DNA from: Planctomycetota bacterium
Lineage (GTDB): Bacteria > Planctomycetota > B15-G4
Assembly: GCA_052387675.1 (NCBI GenBank)
Contig: JBQTIY010000007.1
Location: forward strand, 68,691 to 132,690
Direction: 5' to 3'
DNA length: 64,000 nt
Below, piece by piece: positions 61,803-64,000 of this stretch; positions within the stretch are counted from its first letter, which is position 1, and the number at the start of each line of letters is the position of its first letter. The notes beneath the pieces were generated by a model. The model had not been told where the DNA came from and made no database searches. It saw nothing but the letters and a program-made list of their open reading frames with translations. The translations under genes were made by a program, and so were the position numbers.

Positions 61803-62969
61803 TTACAGCGTGCGGAAGGCGTCCACGGGCTTGAGCAGCGCGGCGCGGAGCGCCGGCAGGACGCCGCCGATGAGGCCGAGCACGAAGGCCACACTGAAGG
61901 CGTTCAGCGCCAGTTCCGGCGTGAGCGTCACGGCGAAGGACACGTCGGTGAAGGTGTTGAAGTTGCTGAGTCCCGTCTCGATGCCGTCGAAGGGCAGCAC
62001 GAGCATCAGACCGAGCACGCCGCCGAGCAGGCCAATGAGCGCCGCCTCGAGCAAGAAGGCCATGAAGATCGAGATCCGCGAGTAGCCCGTGGCGAGGAGT
62101 ACGCCGATCTCGTGCGTGCGCGCGGAGACCGAGGCCAGCATCGTGTTCATCGAGCCGAGCACGGCTGAGATGCCCATGATGACGGTGAGAAAGCCGGCCA
62201 GCCCTTGCAGCGCCAAGCCGGTGAAGCCCACCTGCTCCTTGAGGTACTCCCGCTCGGTGCGGACCGTGGTCGGCGTGCGCGGGTCGTGTTCGAGCGCCTC
62301 GGAGAGTGCGGCCACGTCTGTGCCGGGCTCCAGGCGCGCGATGACGCGCTGGAAGAAGGGCCGCTGCAGGGCTTCCATCATCCGCTCGACATCGCCCCAG
62401 ACCTCGCCGCCTTCGGCGCCGCTGGACTCGAAGACGCCCACCACGCGAAAGGGCGCCATGTTGAGCACGAGCGTGTCGCCGACGGCGCAGTCACGCATGC
62501 GCTGCGTGAGCGGCCGGCCGACCACGATCTCGTCGGTTCCAAATTCCATCCAGCGGCCCTCGACGAGGCGCACGCTTTCGCCGCGCAGCGGAATCGACAT
62601 CGGCTGGACCCCGCGCAAGGGCACGTTGGTCTTGCCGCCATCAACCTTCTCCATGTAGACCGCCAGAAAGGTTTCGGCGGCGGCCAACGGGCGGCCCTGT
62701 TCATCGCGCTGGATCTCGCTGCGCGACTTGATGATCTCGTCGACGTCGTTGCGCTGCAGCGCCGACTCACCCTCGGCGAGTGCGCCCGGCCGCAAGAAAA
62801 TAGCCAGCTCGTCGCTGCCACGCGGCCGGTAGAGCTGCTCGAAGCCGGCCTTCAGCGAGAGCACGCCGGCGAAGACCGCGACGGTGAGCGCGATGCCGAA
62901 GGCCGTGAAGATGGCTGCGGTGCGGCGCACGGCGAAGTTGCGCAGCGAGTAGGCCACGGGCAGTGCCAT
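61803..62969 (-). CDS. ABC transporter permease, FtsX/MacB-like
   Basis: The N-terminal TM helix (LRNFAVRRTAAIFTAFGIALTVAVF) is followed by a large periplasmic loop. The C-terminal FtsX-type 3-TM bundle reads TVIMGISAVLGSMNTMLASVSARTHEIGVLLATGY. Confidence 0.88.
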   Translation of the reverse strand: MALPVAYSLRNFAVRRTAAIFTAFGIALTVAVFAGVLSLKAGFEQLYRPRGSDELAIFLRPGALAEGESALQRNDVDEIIKSRSEIQRDEQGRPLAAAETFLAVYMEKVDGGKTNVPLRGVQPMSIPLRGESVRLVEGRWMEFGTDEIVVGRPLTQRMRDCAVGDTLVLNMAPFRVVGVFESSGAEGGEVWGDVERMMEALQRPFFQRVIARLEPGTDVAALSEALEHDPRTPTTVRTEREYLKEQVGFTGLALQGLAGFLTVIMGISAVLGSMNTMLASVSARTHEIGVLLATGYSRISIFMAFLLEAALIGLLGGVLGLMLVLPFDGIETGLSNFNTFTDVSFAVTLTPELALNAFSVAFVLGLIGGVLPALRAALLKPVDAFRTL

Positions 62970-62971
62970 CG

Positions 62972-64000
62972 TCAGCCCTCGCTCCGCAAGGCGTCGGTGG
63001 TGCGCAGCCGCGCGGCGATGAGCGCAGGCGCGATGCCGCCCACCAGCCCGACGACCACCGAGAGCGCCGTGGCCAGCACGAGCGTGCGCGGATCAATCAC
63101 AAACGTGGCCAAGAAGGCGCCAAAGCCCGCGCGAATGAGGTCACTGCTGCCCCAGGCGACCAGAGCCCCGGCCACGCCTCCGGTCACCGAGAGCAAGAGC
63201 GATTCGCCCAGCATGAGCCGCACTAGCGCGCCGTTGCCGTAACCCAGCGCCTTGAGGATGCCAGTCTCGTGCGTGCGCTGGCGCCCGGACATAAGCATGG
63301 TGTTGATCACCGAGAAGAGCACGGCGAAGGCCACCGCGCCGCCGATCCAGCTCACAAAGAAGGGCAGGTTGCCGAGCATCGAAACGAAGGTGGCCTGAAA
63401 GGCGGCCTCGGTCGTGGTGATCGTGACCTGCGGACCGTTGGCGAAGAGGCCGTCGATCTCGGCGATGACAGCGGCGGGATCGAAGCCCGGGTCGAGGTTC
63501 ACCGCGTAGACGCCCACTTCTTCCGGGCCGCCGGCCGAGCCGGCCTGCAGCGTCTCGTAGAGGTAGTCGTAGCGGAACCACATGGTGCTGTCGTCCATGT
63601 TGGCCTTGAGCGGCCGGTAGATGCCGACGACCACGAACTCCCAGGCGCTGCCGTTGCCCTTTTGGAAGATCGTTCCGATGAGGGGCACCGTGTCGCCGAT
63701 CTTCCAGCCGAACTTGCGCGCCAGCCCCGAGCCGATCACGCAGGCGCGGCGCTCGGCGGCCATGTCGGCCAGCACTTCGCTGCGCACGCGCTCGCGCTGT
63801 TCGGCGCTGGCCCCGCGCTCGGGCAGTTCCGCGCCCTTGCTCGCCGAAAGCTCGACCTCCGGTGCGTACATCTCGAAGAAGATCTCGTGGTCGACGCCGA
63901 ACTCGGCCAGGTAGTTCTCGGGCTTTTGGTAGTAGGCGCCGAAGTACTGGAACTTGGTGATGGACTGGACGCCCGGCACGGCCGCCACCTTGGCCTGATA
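62972..64000 (-). CDS. ABC transporter permease, FtsX/MacB-like (N-terminus beyond window edge)
   Basis: The C-terminal FtsX bundle is FAVLFSVINTMLMSGRQRTHETGILKALGY. The frame appears to stay open to nt 64000, so the listed ATG at 63988 is probably internal. The gene ends 2 nt before the next permease start. Confidence 0.82.
   Translation of the reverse strand, partial: YQAKVAAVPGVQSITKFQYFGAYYQKPENYLAEFGVDHEIFFEMYAPEVELSASKGAELPERGASAEQRERVRSEVLADMAAERRACVIGSGLARKFGWKIGDTVPLIGTIFQKGNGSAWEFVVVGIYRPLKANMDDSTMWFRYDYLYETLQAGSAGGPEEVGVYAVNLDPGFDPAAVIAEIDGLFANGPQVTITTTEAAFQATFVSMLGNLPFFVSWIGGAVAFAVLFSVINTMLMSGRQRTHETGILKALGYGNGALVRLMLGESLLLSVTGGVAGALVAWGSSDLIRAGFGAFLATFVIDPRTLVLATALSVVVGLVGGIAPALIAARLRTTDALRSEG

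Overview
This is a high-GC bacterial chromosomal segment. Hand counts on sample 60-nt lines give about 67-73% GC, with local dips to about 53-62%. I support roughly 59 protein-coding genes. I saw no rRNA, tRNA, CRISPR array, integrase, transposase or phage gene. All family calls come from motif and architecture recognition in the supplied translations; no database search was run.

Gene content in order:
- EPS genes: Wzx-like flippase, GT2, and a polyprenyl glycosylphosphotransferase.
- An orphan EboE-like TIM-barrel gene.
- Aldehyde dehydrogenase plus DUF1579, and three DinB-family genes.
- A DEAD-box helicase, three tandem SHOCT-tailed membrane paralogs, and rsgA.
- A B12-binding radical SAM enzyme followed by a GIDE-like membrane protein.
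- A DAACS symporter, and an NSS transporter with a MetS-like small subunit.
- A Rieske / split cytochrome b / octaheme cytochrome c operon with a HEAT-repeat protein.
- A DedA::ATP-grasp fusion.
- A six-gene coupled operon: ABC ATPase, ABC-2 permease, PDZ lipoprotein, two FG-GAP proteins, and cardiolipin synthase.
- An olsB-olsA-DinB-NRDE(TANGO2) operon.
- An MBL-rhodanese fusion and a flavin monooxygenase::OYE fusion.
- rfbC and a thioesterase.
- A CcoG-like polyferredoxin cluster with YtkA/FixH-like and His/Cys-rich proteins.
- Large secreted propeller proteins and FtsX-type permeases.

Gene content (DinB and DUF1579 expansion, split cytochrome b with a multiheme c, many FG-GAP proteins) suggests a Planctomycetota-like or related lineage. 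That is inference only.

Signals not explained by ordinary annotation:
1. A structured 135-200 nt intergenic repeat family. There are five co-oriented copies, four of them starting 0-8 nt after a stop codon. One compensatory base-pair change is visible, and the 5' hairpin module is amplified in tandem in two copies.
2. A shared C-terminal module of about 115 aa on four otherwise unrelated secreted proteins, plus one decayed remnant.
3. Several tightly coupled operons with unusual gene combinations.

I cannot tell from sequence alone which of these, if any, is a truly undescribed system. The findings are ranked by my own judgement.
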